A stretch of DNA of 64,000 bases from an uncultured archaeon. Lineage in GTDB: Archaea > Thermoproteota > Bathyarchaeia > Bathyarchaeales > Bathycorpusculaceae. The position numbers and the translations under genes were made by a program. The stretch spans positions 288,001 through 352,000 of the forward strand of contig CAWALK010000020.1 in assembly GCA_963782915.1 (NCBI GenBank). Reading direction: 5' to 3'. Positions 54,220-64,000 of this stretch are shown here, piece by piece (within the stretch, counting starts at the first letter, position 1; each line of letters begins with the position of its first letter). The notes under the pieces were generated by a model. It made no database searches and was not told the DNA's origin. It saw only the letters and a program-made list of their open reading frames with translations.

Positions 54220-54245
54220 ATTAAGAACTAGTTTTGGAGCGTTAG
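54220..54245 (+). repeat. cassette repeat R4
   Basis: ATTAAGAACTAGTTTTGGAGCGTTAG; first 23 nt identical to R2. Confidence 0.9.
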
Positions 54246-54275
54246 ATTTCTATAATTCAGGTATGATCTTATTGA

Positions 54276-54401
54276 TTAAACAGTAATTTTGAAGCTTTTA
54301 TGGCATTTATCGCAATCATAGACTTGGATAAAGAAAGCACTGTTCTTTAGTTCTCTTGATGGGGTTGTAACTTCGTTTTCGCAATTGGGACATTTTGCCA
54401 C
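54276..54401 (-). CDS. 41-aa zinc-ribbon protein (short Cren7-like paralog; not in ORF track)
   Basis: MAKCPNCENEVTTPSRELKNSAFFIQVYDCDKCHKSFKITV; paralog at 58484-58609. Confidence 0.75.
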   Translation of the reverse strand: MAKCPNCENEVTTPSRELKNSAFFIQVYDCDKCHKSFKITV

Positions 54402-54526
54402 AGGTATCAGTAACTTCAGCGCTTACTCACATTCGGAATATGAACATTGCCCTCTGGCGTTGCCCTAATAATCCAACAAACTATTGATGCTAATCATCTA
54501 TACCCCTATCATACTACTCTTGGGGG

Positions 54527-55339
54527 TTATCCAATTTGGAATGCCCTCATTGAAACCGAGCCATTCTGGAAACCCTCATGAATGAACCTTAGCTTATCCT
54601 CTTTTCGCTGGAGACCAATTGCGTAAATCATTGGCAAGTAATGGTCTTGAGTGGGCACCGCATAGACTGCTTCTTTTCCTAACTGGAGGTAATTAATGAG
54701 TGCTTGATGATCCCTTGAAACTAGAGCCTGCTTGATTTTCCCGTCAAATTCTACAGCCCAATCAAACGGTTCGGCATCTATATCAAAATCTATCACCCCT
54801 AAATTGTGGACAATGTTGCCGCTGCCGATAATCAGTACCCCTTTCTCCCTAAGAGGCGCAAGCTCGGAGGCTAACCTGTAATGGTACTCGATGGGTTTTG
54901 GGTTCCAATTATTGTAGGGCGAGTAGTCTAAGCTCATTTCATAGACTGGGATGTTGGCTTCTGGGTACATGTGCTTTAGAACTGCCCATGCTGCATGGTC
55001 AAGCCCCCAATCGCCGCATTTTACTTCGGTTGATTTGACGGTGTTTATTGTTAATTGGGCATCTTTTGGGGCGCCTGGGCTGGGGTAGTTGGTTTGGTAT
55101 AGTTCGTCTGGGAAACCGTAGAAGTCATAGATTGTTTTGGGTTTGTTTGTGCATGTGACGTATGTGCCGTCTGTTAGCCAGTGGGCGGAGATTACAAGTA
55201 TTGCTTTTGGCTGGGGGATTTCTTTGGCTGCCTTAACCAAGCTGCGGGTATAGCTGTTATCTAAGATTATGTTCATGGGTGAGCCATGCCCTATGAAGAG
55301 AACGGGCATAATTTCGGCTTGTTTTGGCATTCCAGTCAC
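54527..55339 (-). CDS. 4,5-DOPA dioxygenase-like extradiol dioxygenase (LigB/YgiD family)
   Basis: LFIGHGSPMN, ISAHW, TIYDFYGFP, WGLDH..W, GSGNIVHNL, PT.DHYLP. Confidence 0.92.
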   Translation of the reverse strand: MTGMPKQAEIMPVLFIGHGSPMNIILDNSYTRSLVKAAKEIPQPKAILVISAHWLTDGTYVTCTNKPKTIYDFYGFPDELYQTNYPSPGAPKDAQLTINTVKSTEVKCGDWGLDHAAWAVLKHMYPEANIPVYEMSLDYSPYNNWNPKPIEYHYRLASELAPLREKGVLIIGSGNIVHNLGVIDFDIDAEPFDWAVEFDGKIKQALVSRDHQALINYLQLGKEAVYAVPTQDHYLPMIYAIGLQRKEDKLRFIHEGFQNGSVSMRAFQIG

Positions 55340-56173
55340 TTTTTAGCTTTTATGAAAGTTCCCTCTTCCAGCTCTTCGTAAGCTTGGTCTAATTCTTCTT
55401 CGGTATTCATCACAATTGGTCCTCTCCACGCTACAGGCTCATTTAGCGGTTCACCTGACACAAAAAGAAAACGACAGCCACCTTTAGAGCATATCTTAAC
55501 TAAGTCGCCTTCACCGAAAACTACACACTGCCCCTGTTCAACGGTTTTGCCTTGAATCTCCGCAGAGCCCTCAACAATGTAAGCAAAACACAGTGTCATT
55601 CTTTGGCGTTGCATGCTCGAATATTTCACCAGCCGTTAACTCGACATCAAAATATTCAATATCAATCGCTAAATCCCGAACAGGACCCTGAATTCCACCC
55701 ACCCTACCCGCTATAACCTTAATCTTTGCTTCGTCTTTGTTGACCGTTGGAATCTGCTCTTTAACTATGCCCCGATATTTCGGGTCAACCATCTTTTTCT
55801 TTGCTGGCAAATTCACCCATAACTGAAAACCCTGCATCAAACCCTCATACTTCTGCGGCATTTCCTGATGAATAATACCCGAACCCGCAGTCATCCACTG
55901 AACATCCCCCGATTTGATTACCCCTTTGTTACCCATACTATCGCCATGTTCCACTTCGCCCGTCCACATGTACGTGACTGTTTCCATTCCTCTATGGGGA
56001 TGCCATGGGAAGCCTTTGATGTAGTCTTGGGGGTTGTCTGATCCGAAGTGGTCTAGCAGCAAGAAGGGGTCGAGTGTGGATTCATCGTCGTTTCCTAGGA
56101 CTCTTTTTAGTTTGACGCCTGCGCCTTCGAGGGTTGGTTGCCGATTCAAGATTTTGTGTATTTGTCGTTCCAA
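55336..56173 (-). CDS. pirin family protein (frameshift near 55580)
   Basis: DPFLLLD, GFPWHPHRG.ETVTY, QWMTAGSGIIHQE, QLWVNLP, GPIVMNT. Confidence 0.93.
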
Positions 56174-56377
56174 AAAAATCGCCTCAGAATAAAGGATTTT
56201 TCCCATTTTCTAGTTCCTTGTTCCTGCTAATATTTCTAGTGAAAATTCTCAGCTTAGCATAATCCGCATAGGCTGCCAACACATAACCGATTGCTACATC
56301 GAAAAGTATAATTCACCAACCTTTGTAGGCACCTGACTTACATATCCAAAAAGAACGCCAAAGGTGAACAAAGAAAC

Positions 56378-56782
56378 ATGCCATTGGACTGCGGAAACTG
56401 CTGTAAATGCGAAAACGAATTATGGGGAAGCTTCTATCCAGGGGAAGAATGGAAAATGAAGCATTTCCAAGGCTATGTTTTCCAGCTTGAAGGCGTATGG
56501 TTCTTCCACTCGTGTCCCCACCAGCAGAAAGACGGAAAATGCGGCGTACACGACGAATCTTGGCGCCCAATACAATGCCAAATGTACCCTTGCTACATAA
56601 ATTACCAAGGCGAAGTGGATGTGGATTTTGAGTTGTGCCCAAACGCTAAACAAGTCGATGATGACTTCAAAGCGTGGGTTAAAGGCATGTATACGCAACT
56701 GAATTTGAGTCTTGAAGAGTTGAAGCGTTGGGGGCAAGTTGTGGCTAAATGGAGTGAACCAGCCAAATGCCAAGTCAAGTGA
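56378..56782 (+). CDS. YkgJ/CxxCxxCC cysteine-cluster protein
   Basis: CGNCC, CPH....KCGVH....RPIQC.MYP. Confidence 0.75.
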   Translation: MPLDCGNCCKCENELWGSFYPGEEWKMKHFQGYVFQLEGVWFFHSCPHQQKDGKCGVHDESWRPIQCQMYPCYINYQGEVDVDFELCPNAKQVDDDFKAWVKGMYTQLNLSLEELKRWGQVVAKWSEPAKCQVK

Positions 56783-56946
56783 CTACCGCAAGTTCCACTT
56801 TTAATTCGAATACCATCAAGTTCACAAACTAAATCTCGCAGATTTCTGTAACATCAGAAAAAGATAAAACGTTACCGTGGCATGTTAAGTGGGGGTTAAT
56901 TGTCCTGCAGCATAGTAGTCGTATATCTATTCTTGTTACTGTTTTC

Positions 56947-57147
56947 ATGGTGTTGGTTCTTGTTAGCGTTATGTCATTTACTATGGTGTCGATTGCTGCA
57001 GGGTGGACTGATGCTTTTCTCCTTATGTTTACCCGAAATTGGCTTATTGGTGTAGTCGTTGCTTTACCTACTGCTCTGTTAGTTAACATTCCAATAGTGC
57101 GCTTGGTTAGAAGAATCTTCAAGAATAATGAGCTCAACGAAAAGTAA
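56947..57147 (+). CDS. small 2-TM protein (DUF2798-like; start may be upstream)
   Basis: MSF.M.....G....F...F..NW....VA.PT.L...P.VR. Confidence 0.65.
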   Translation: MVLVLVSVMSFTMVSIAAGWTDAFLLMFTRNWLIGVVVALPTALLVNIPIVRLVRRIFKNNELNEK

Positions 57148-57162
57148 ATTGAGACAAAAGGT

Positions 57163-58449
57163 CTGTTAACCCTGAACAGGAACCTAATCCCCAAAAGAAT
57201 ACCCGTTACAACCCCCGACTTAGTCGGGTACTCACTGCTAAAATACAGCGACGGACAAATCCGCTTAATCGTAAAATTCGGCGGCAGATTAGATGAAGCT
57301 ACTTTAGCTAAAGCTGTTAGGTTAGCGTTTGATGCATACCCCGTGCTTGGATGCATGTTTGTAGAAAAACCGTTTCGTCCCTATTGGCAGCGTTGCAGCA
57401 GCCTCCAAGACGCTTTTGAATTCAGTGACAGTCGCTAACCCGGAGCAGGAAGAAGCAACCACCGTTTTTTGCTGGCGCCGCTCGACCCATTTGCGGAGCC
57501 GCAGGTTAAAGTGGGTTTATTCCGCTCGGACGTTGATATTTTATGCATTAAAATGACCCATATTGTCGCGGACGGTGGCGCTTCAATGCAGTATCTCCAG
57601 CTGCTCTCTAGTATATACCGAAAGCTCAAAAAGCAGCTGAATTTTCAGCCCAACCCCAATTTAGGCGGCGGCAGAAGCTACTTTGAGATATTGCGGCACA
57701 CCAGTATACCCAAACTGATGTTATCCTGCGCTCATATTTCAGTGCCCAAAGTCACCTGGCAATTCCTCAAGGCAAACAATGAAAACCTCCGCCCTTGCTT
57801 ACTCATCAAACGCATCGGACCAAAACATTTTCTCCACATCAAAACATATGCAAAGAACAATAACGTAACCATCGGCGATGTTTTACTAACCGCTTACTAT
57901 AGAGCGCTGTTTAAAGTGATTGATCCACCAGAAAACGTTGCCTACGCACTGTTTATTCCTGTTAATCTGCGTAAATATCTTCCAGAAGGCACCCGCAAAT
58001 CAATGGGTATGTTATCAGCGAGCTATTTTGCCAGTATTAAGCATAAAAAAGACGCGCCTTTTGGAGAAACTTTGTCTTTGGTGCATGCTGCTCTGAAGAA
58101 GGAAAAATCAAAACAAACCGAATTAGCCTTAATGTTCGCGATGGAGTTAATTCCTTTTCCCGGTTTTGTTATTCCAAGGGTTATTGGGCCATCGGTTTCC
58201 TCGGTCTCTGCACTGCCTGAATTCTCCAACATTGGCGTAATTGATGCTCAAATCGCCGATTTCGGCGATGTTGCCGTTGAGGAGATATTGTCTGCTGGCC
58301 CAACGATGGCGCCGCCGCTTTTCTGTTTGGGCTCCAATACCTTCAATGGCGAAATGCGACTGACCGTTAGCCTATATTGCAACGATGAATACCGTGTAAA
58401 AGTCGAGGGTTTCTTGGATAGTTTAATTACGGAATTACCGACAAAATGA
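57163..58449 (+). CDS. stand-alone condensation-domain / CoA-dependent acyltransferase (frameshift near 57430; start uncertain)
   Basis: N-terminal GRLDE..L.KAV......PVLGC.F; HIVADG active-site motif; PVNLR; SNIG. Confidence 0.8.
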
Positions 58450-58483
58450 TGTTAATCAAGAAATTGGGGTCTACTTATTGGTG

Positions 58484-58609
58484 CTAATGTAGCTCTTTAA
58501 AACTATAGTGACATTTATCGCAGTTATAGGCTTGAATGGTAAATGCACAATTTTTCAGCACCTTTGAGGGCTTGTTGACTTCCATAGCACATTTTGGACA
58601 TATCGCCAC
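58484..58609 (-). CDS. 41-aa zinc-ribbon protein (not in ORF track)
   Basis: MAICPKCAMEVNKPSKVLKNCAFTIQAYNCDKCHYSFKELH. Confidence 0.75.
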   Translation of the reverse strand: MAICPKCAMEVNKPSKVLKNCAFTIQAYNCDKCHYSFKELH

Positions 58610-58834
58610 AGAGACACCAACCTTCCTATTGGTTGCTTGCCAGTGATAAGAATCTAATTGACACGGTTATGCAAAAAGAAAGCCTTCCTATTTTGCTGTC
58701 ATGGGCTAGTGTGTATCATAAGCCTGTCTATATGAAATAACAATATATTCTATATCAATGGATAACGCATACATAAAACCGTGCAGGCAAATAAAAACGC
58801 GGAAAAACTCTAATTTGCATGGCGCTAAATAGTT

Positions 58835-59209
58835 TTAGAACTCAACAGCCAACTGCACAACCGCAGCCAAAAACTCCACATCCCCCACCACCCGAGTCGT
58901 ATGTCCCCTGCCGCTTAAATCTTCCAAAAGAAACACATCACCCGAGCGGAAACTCCGTTTTTCACCATCACCGGCAGTCAACACTACCTCGCCATGCAGA
59001 CAACAGAAAAACTGTTTCTTAGGCGCCGGATGCCAATCGCCAAACCAACCCACAGGCAACCTAAAAAAGACCATTTTGCTGGCATCCATAAAATCCGAGA
59101 GGCCGACGGGGGGTGCGGGAGGCGCAAAATTAACCAGTTCAAACCCTACTGTGGCATCTCTGAAATGCGATTCGCCATCCTTATCCGTGAAGAGGGTTAT
59201 ATACTCCAT
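58835..59209 (-). CDS. cupin domain protein
   Basis: DGESHF, DWHPAP.KQ, GD..LLED..GRGH. Confidence 0.85.
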   Translation of the reverse strand: MEYITLFTDKDGESHFRDATVGFELVNFAPPAPPVGLSDFMDASKMVFFRLPVGWFGDWHPAPKKQFFCCLHGEVVLTAGDGEKRSFRSGDVFLLEDLSGRGHTTRVVGDVEFLAAVVQLAVEF

Positions 59210-59541
59210 AAATTACCAGCCAACAATAACAAGTGTTTAGGAATTTATATTCATACTGCCGTATCTATCATGATGCCGATTTATCCCTCGGGAACTCCTG
59301 CCCTCGTTATGGTGATGGCTGTTCTGGTTTATGGACATAGCGAATGTTGCGGGTCAGGATGAAACTTGACCAAGGCGTTGGCGAATTGCCCGTGTATAAT
59401 TCTTAATAATCCAGCTTATTCAAGATAAGACTACATAAACCGTTGCCACCGTGGCAGCCTTGACAAGTTTGATGGCAAAAAGACTACCTCTTTTGCTAAA
59501 AAAAGATGCATGTCACATAATTAATCATGGAAACGGGGTTG

Positions 59542-59973
59542 TTAGACGCTGGGTCCTGTTGGATAGCGTCCTAGTGCATCAAGAATCTCTTCAGTAGTCG
59601 TCTTTTTGCCTACGTTTCGCACAAAATCTGATGCTACCACTATTCCGACTAGCTTGTTCTGCTTAAGAACAGGTAACCGCCTGATCTTGTTGGTGGACAT
59701 TATCCTTGCGGCTTCCTTAAGTGAAGTTTCTGGTTCAACTGTGATTAGTGTTTTAGTCATAACATCGGTTAATTTAGTGTCTAATGAGGCCCGTTTGGCT
59801 ACGATTCTTCTTACGATGTCTCGTTCAGTAATTATTCCAACAGGAAAAGCTTTGATTACGACGATTAAGCAGCCCAATCCGTTCTCAGTCATAAGTTCTG
59901 CTGCTTCAAATACGGTTTTGTTAGCTTCTACTGTTATTACTTCTTTTGTCATGATGTCTTTAACTGCGGGCAT
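59542..59973 (-). CDS. CBS domain protein
   Basis: Two CBS repeats: VKDIM, GIITERD, IRRLPV, VGIV...D. Confidence 0.92.
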   Translation of the reverse strand: MPAVKDIMTKEVITVEANKTVFEAAELMTENGLGCLIVVIKAFPVGIITERDIVRRIVAKRASLDTKLTDVMTKTLITVEPETSLKEAARIMSTNKIRRLPVLKQNKLVGIVVASDFVRNVGKKTTTEEILDALGRYPTGPSV

Positions 59974-60281
59974 AAATGATCACGTTAATAAATTAAAATT
60001 CTGGATAAAAGGGTTGTTATTGGTGTTATTTTTTATTTTTTTTATTCTTATTATTTGGTATTGATGCATTTTTGCTTCGGAAAATGAGTAATTCTGCTAA
60101 ATGTGCGGGGGAACCACTTTTCTAATTCAAGACCGTCGTTTTTTTGGCAAATTAACCTTCTATTGGTGAGGTGTGGTTTTTGTGTCCATATACAGCAAAA
60201 TATTGTGGTGCTGATTTGGTAAACGCTTATAAGGTTAGCCGTATATGGGTTGAGGCTATTGAATTAAGGAGAAAAGAAATA

Positions 60282-62895
60282 TTGAACACTAAAAGTAAAA
60301 CTGCAACTATTATGATTGCGGCATTATTGATAATTTCAATGGGAGCTTCAATATATGCACAGACAGCAACTGCAGCAACAACAAGATCAACATTTGCTTA
60401 TGTTACAACCATGCCTCACAACGTTGGGGTTGGCGACACCCTCACTATTTACATGTGGGTCAACCAACTCTTCCCAAGTACTGGTATGGCTAATGACTAC
60501 AGATTCCACAACTACCAGTTAGTCATCACACATCCAGATAACACAACAAAAGACACTTACACAATCGCAACAGTTCAAGATACAACTTCTAACCAAGCAT
60601 ACAGCTACACTCCAACAACAACCGGAACTTACAAAGTAGAATTCTTCTTCCCACAAACACTCGTTAACGCATCTAGTCACGCAACAGGTGCAACAGCTGA
60701 CGACGTTTATCTAGCAAGCAACGCAACATGCACCTTCACAGTACAAGAAACCTCAATCGGCAACGCACCAGACAGCTATCCCCTACCAACCGAATACTGG
60801 ACTCGCCCAATTTACGGAGAGAACAGCTACTGGTACACCATATCCTCAAATTGGCTTGGATTCGGTGCACCTGGCTACCTATGGAACAGCCCTTCAACTT
60901 TCGGAGCAATGATGGGTGGTAACGGTCAACAATATCCATCTGACGCAGTTGGCTCATTAACCAACCACATCATGTGGACAAAACCACTCCAAACCGGCGG
61001 TGTCGTCGGTGGAGACACAGGCGCAATCGCAGGCAATACCTACTTTGACGGCTCAGCATACTTCGTAAGATACGTAAACCCAATCGTTGTCAACGGATAC
61101 ATCGTCTACACTGAACCATTATCTTATGCCCAAGGAACCGGCGGCGACACAGTATGTGTTGACCTACGCACAGGCCAAGAATTATGGAGAAACCCAACAA
61201 TGGGCACTCTATCATTCGCCTTAATTGCTGACTTCGAAAACCCCAACCAACACGGTCAATTCAACGCACAACTCGTCGCAGTAAGCGGAACTACTTGGAG
61301 ATTTTACGATGCAGACACTGGCAGAGCACTCTTCAATGCAACAGGCGTTCCATCAGGCACAAAAGCAATGGGACCAAACAATGAATATCTACTATACACC
61401 GTCACAAACCAAACCGTAGGATGGAATCTATCACAATGGAACTCAAGCAGACTATGGACACAAGGCGGAACCGGTACAACAGCAAACGTTAACACAGTAG
61501 TAGCAGCAAACACAGCCGCACAGATATGACTGGTCAACCAACATAACAGTCAACGGCGCAAACTTGACTACATCACAAAACTTCAGAGTCCTTGCAGCAT
61601 ACTACGACGACTACATGCTATGCATGAACGGTACATTCCCATCAACAGGCACCAACATGTTCTTCGGAGCAACAGAAACATACCAACCATACACCTACTT
61701 CAAAGTAAACCTAAACGCATCTAAAGGTGCTATCGGCAAAGTCGATTGGATGAAAACTATAACACCAGCAACCAATACAACAGTCGTCTACAGCGGTGTT
61801 GACACAACTAACAATGTCTTCGTCGAAGGCGACCGTGAAGAACTCTGCTGGAGAGGTTACAGCTTAACCGATGGCTCACTACTCTGGAATACCGTATCTT
61901 ATCCACAAGACGCAATGGACTACTATGGCAGCCAAGCATCAGGCAGCTTAACCAACTCATTCTACGACGGCAAGATGTACAGTGCAGCATACGCAGGCAT
62001 TGTCTACTGCTATGATACAACCGACGGTTCATTACTCTGGACCTATGGTAACGGCGGCGCAGGCAACAGCACAGACAGCGGCTTCTCAGTTCCAGGCAAC
62101 TACCCAACATTCGTCTCTGGCTTCGGTAGCGGCGTAGTCTACACCCTTACCTCAGAGCACACAATCGAAACACCACTCTACAAAGGCGCAATGCAACGTG
62201 CACTCAACGCAACCACCGGTGCAGAAATCTGGACCCTAAGTGGTTACACCAACGAATTCAGCCAAGGCGCATTTGCAATCGCAGACGGCTACAACACATG
62301 GTTCAACGGCTATGACAACCAAGTCTATGTTGTCGGTAGAGGCGCAAGCCAAACCACCGTCACAGCACCAGACGCAGGCTTAACACCAGGTCAAAGCGTA
62401 GTCATCAGAGGCACAGTAACAGACATTGCAGCAGGCACAACACAAAACGAACAATCACAACGCTTCCCTAACGGCGTAGCAGTCGCATCTGACGCAAGCA
62501 TGAAAGACTGGATGGGCTATGTTTACCAACAGAAACCATTGCCAACCAACTTCACCGGTGTCGAAGTTACCATCAGCGTCGTTGACGCAAACGGCAACTA
62601 CCGCACAATCGGTGCAGCAAAAACAGACGCAACTGGCGATTACTCACTCTCGTGGGTTCCAGACATCACTGGCGACTTCCACGTCATCGCATCATTCGCA
62701 GGCACTAACGGCTACTTCCCATCAAGCGCAGACTCAAGCTTCACAGTTGACAAAGCAGCAGCAACAACAGCACCAACAGCAACACCAACACAAACAGCAT
62801 CTGACCTATACTTCATCCCAGCAATCGCAGGTCTACTCGTTGCAATCATAGTTGTCGGTCTTCTGACCATCGTTATCCTCAAAAAACACGCATAA
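60282..62895 (+). CDS. large secreted PQQ-like beta-propeller surface protein with C-terminal TM (frameshift near 61525)
   Basis: AAGGAG RBS plus TTG; signal peptide; PLPTEYWTRPI, CVDLRTGQELW, V.IRGTVTD, MKDWMGYVYQQ; TM tail. Confidence 0.85.
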
Positions 62896-62919
62896 AACAA
62901 GGAATAAATGAGAACCATT

Positions 62920-62960
62920 TATTCTCCCTTTTTTAATTTTTTTGTTTTAATTTTTGTTTA
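62920..62960 (+). terminator. oligo-T terminator region
   Basis: Consecutive T-runs after the surface protein gene. Confidence 0.5.
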
Positions 62961-63096
62961 ATCAGCTCGTTCACGTTTAGCTTCAGAATAATTCTGCTCT
63001 GTTATTACTCCGCAACAATCACATACCGTTAAAAGCAACATGCAATGAACGTTCTATCGGTAGCCACCCGACCAGTATCCTTTGGATAGTGATTGC

Positions 63097-64000
63097 ATGA
63101 AAGCTCAATTATGCACTCGAATAGACAAAATCGAAAACCATCCCTTAATCTACACAACAGTACCGAATCCAACCCCCAAACCCGATCAAGTGCTTATCAA
63201 AGTGAAAGCCTGCGGTGTATGCTACAGCAACCTGCATATGATAGAGGGTGAACTCAAACAATTCGGTGTCCCGGCAAAACTCCCGATTATTCCCGGGCAT
63301 GAAGTTACAGGCGAAATTGCAGAACTCGGCAGTCAATCAAGGGGATTTGAAGTTGGCGATAGAGTAGGCGTTCAAGTTCTATGGAAAACCGATGGCACCT
63401 GCGAGTTCTGTCTCTCCGGCCGAGAAAACCTATGTCTCAAACGCCAAACCACCGGTGAAGTAGTCGACGGCGGATACGCCGAATACATGGTCGCCCCCAG
63501 CGCCTTCGTTCATCACTTACCCGATAACTTGGGGTATGAAGAGAGCGCTTCACTATTCTGCCCCGGCGTTACCGCTTACCATGCCGTTAAACGGGCAAAC
63601 GTACGCGTCGGCCAAAAGGTAGCGGTTATTGGCATCGGAGGGGTGGGTCACATGACTTTGCAGTTTGCCAAGCTGGCGGGAGCCGAAACTGTTGCGGTTG
63701 ATACTTCTGAAGCTAAGTTAAAGTTGGCGCAGGATATTGGTGCGGACCATGCTTTAGTTGCAGCTGAATTGGATGAATTCGTCGTTAACACTGGGAGACC
63801 CGATGTAGTTATGGTTCATGCGCCTTCCCAGAAAGCCGTGGAGCAGGCACTCCGTATTGTGAAGCGGGGCGGAACCGTTTTGATGGGTGTCTGCGGTGAT
63901 GCGCCTATGCAGTTTCCTGAGGAATACACGATTATGGGTAGCGTGATTGGGACGCGGCAGGAGATGAATGAGGTGTTGCGGTTGGCTTCTATGGGTAAGG
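63097..64000 (+). CDS. zinc-dependent alcohol dehydrogenase (3' end outside window)
   Basis: ACGVC, PGHE..G, C..C..G.ENLC, GIGGVG. Confidence 0.93.
   Translation, partial: MKAQLCTRIDKIENHPLIYTTVPNPTPKPDQVLIKVKACGVCYSNLHMIEGELKQFGVPAKLPIIPGHEVTGEIAELGSQSRGFEVGDRVGVQVLWKTDGTCEFCLSGRENLCLKRQTTGEVVDGGYAEYMVAPSAFVHHLPDNLGYEESASLFCPGVTAYHAVKRANVRVGQKVAVIGIGGVGHMTLQFAKLAGAETVAVDTSEAKLKLAQDIGADHALVAAELDEFVVNTGRPDVVMVHAPSQKAVEQALRIVKRGGTVLMGVCGDAPMQFPEEYTIMGSVIGTRQEMNEVLRLASMGK

Larger units (their letters stand above)
52768..54245. mobile_element. AT-rich tRNA-linked island / array of repeat-delimited single-gene cassettes
   Basis: Visibly lower GC; four clear plus one degenerate ~26 bp direct repeats, one ORF between each pair; no integrase in window. 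Confidence 0.65.

Noticed and set aside
52768-54245. CRISPR array
   Set aside because: Spacers are 310-360 bp and protein-coding; no cas genes in the window
54275-54298. Possible sixth cassette repeat (ATTAAACAGTAATTTTGAAGCTTT)
   Set aside because: Only 55 nt from R4, degenerate, and explained as the 3' end of the zinc-ribbon ORF; may be chance in AT-rich DNA
59210-59540. Riboswitch or small ORF in a 330-nt gap (GGTGATGG resembles the start of the fluoride riboswitch)
   Set aside because: Remaining pairing elements are not found, there is no co-oriented downstream gene, and no convincing ORF
2505-62918. Many long antisense or overlapping ORFs in the track (e.g. 2505-2924, 31163-31615, 40582-41013, 56829-57356, 59606-60064)
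   Set aside because: Shadow frames of well-supported genes with no motifs of their own
52740-64000. Duplicated tRNA 3' end (attR) closing an integrated element
   Set aside because: No second copy seen in the window, so island boundaries beyond R4 cannot be set

Overview
Archaeal chromosomal window, most likely Bathyarchaeia (TACK). This is inferred from TBP, Spt5, archaeal L11/L1/L10, a Cren7-like protein and large PQQ-propeller surface proteins. Housekeeping genes include argF, dtdA, secE-spt5-rpl11-rpl1-rpl10, pyrE, tbp, lhr, rnz, trm11, prs, cysS and an MtaB-like gene. They are mixed with accessory genes and a ~8.7 kb surface-protein gene. About 20 genes, some essential, are broken by single-base frameshifts that are best read as sequencing or consensus errors. 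Main signals: (1) an AT-rich island directly behind tRNA-Arg(TCT), built of ~340-390 bp single-gene cassettes separated by a ~26 bp direct repeat (ATTAAGAACTAGTTTTGGAGCGTTAG); (2) a dispersed modular intergenic repeat family with 8 copies of a TATAAATAAGGG..GGG..GCAGAGCAACAA core, an upstream box 111-112 nt away, and a GTTGTTGTTG/CAACAAC hairpin; (3) lysine 2,3-aminomutase coupled to an EctA-like rather than AblB-like acetyltransferase; (4) a CdrS-like RHH gene followed by a short ORF instead of ftsZ; (5) three small Cren7-like zinc-ribbon genes missed by the ORF track. All product calls come from motif recognition by eye; no searches were run.
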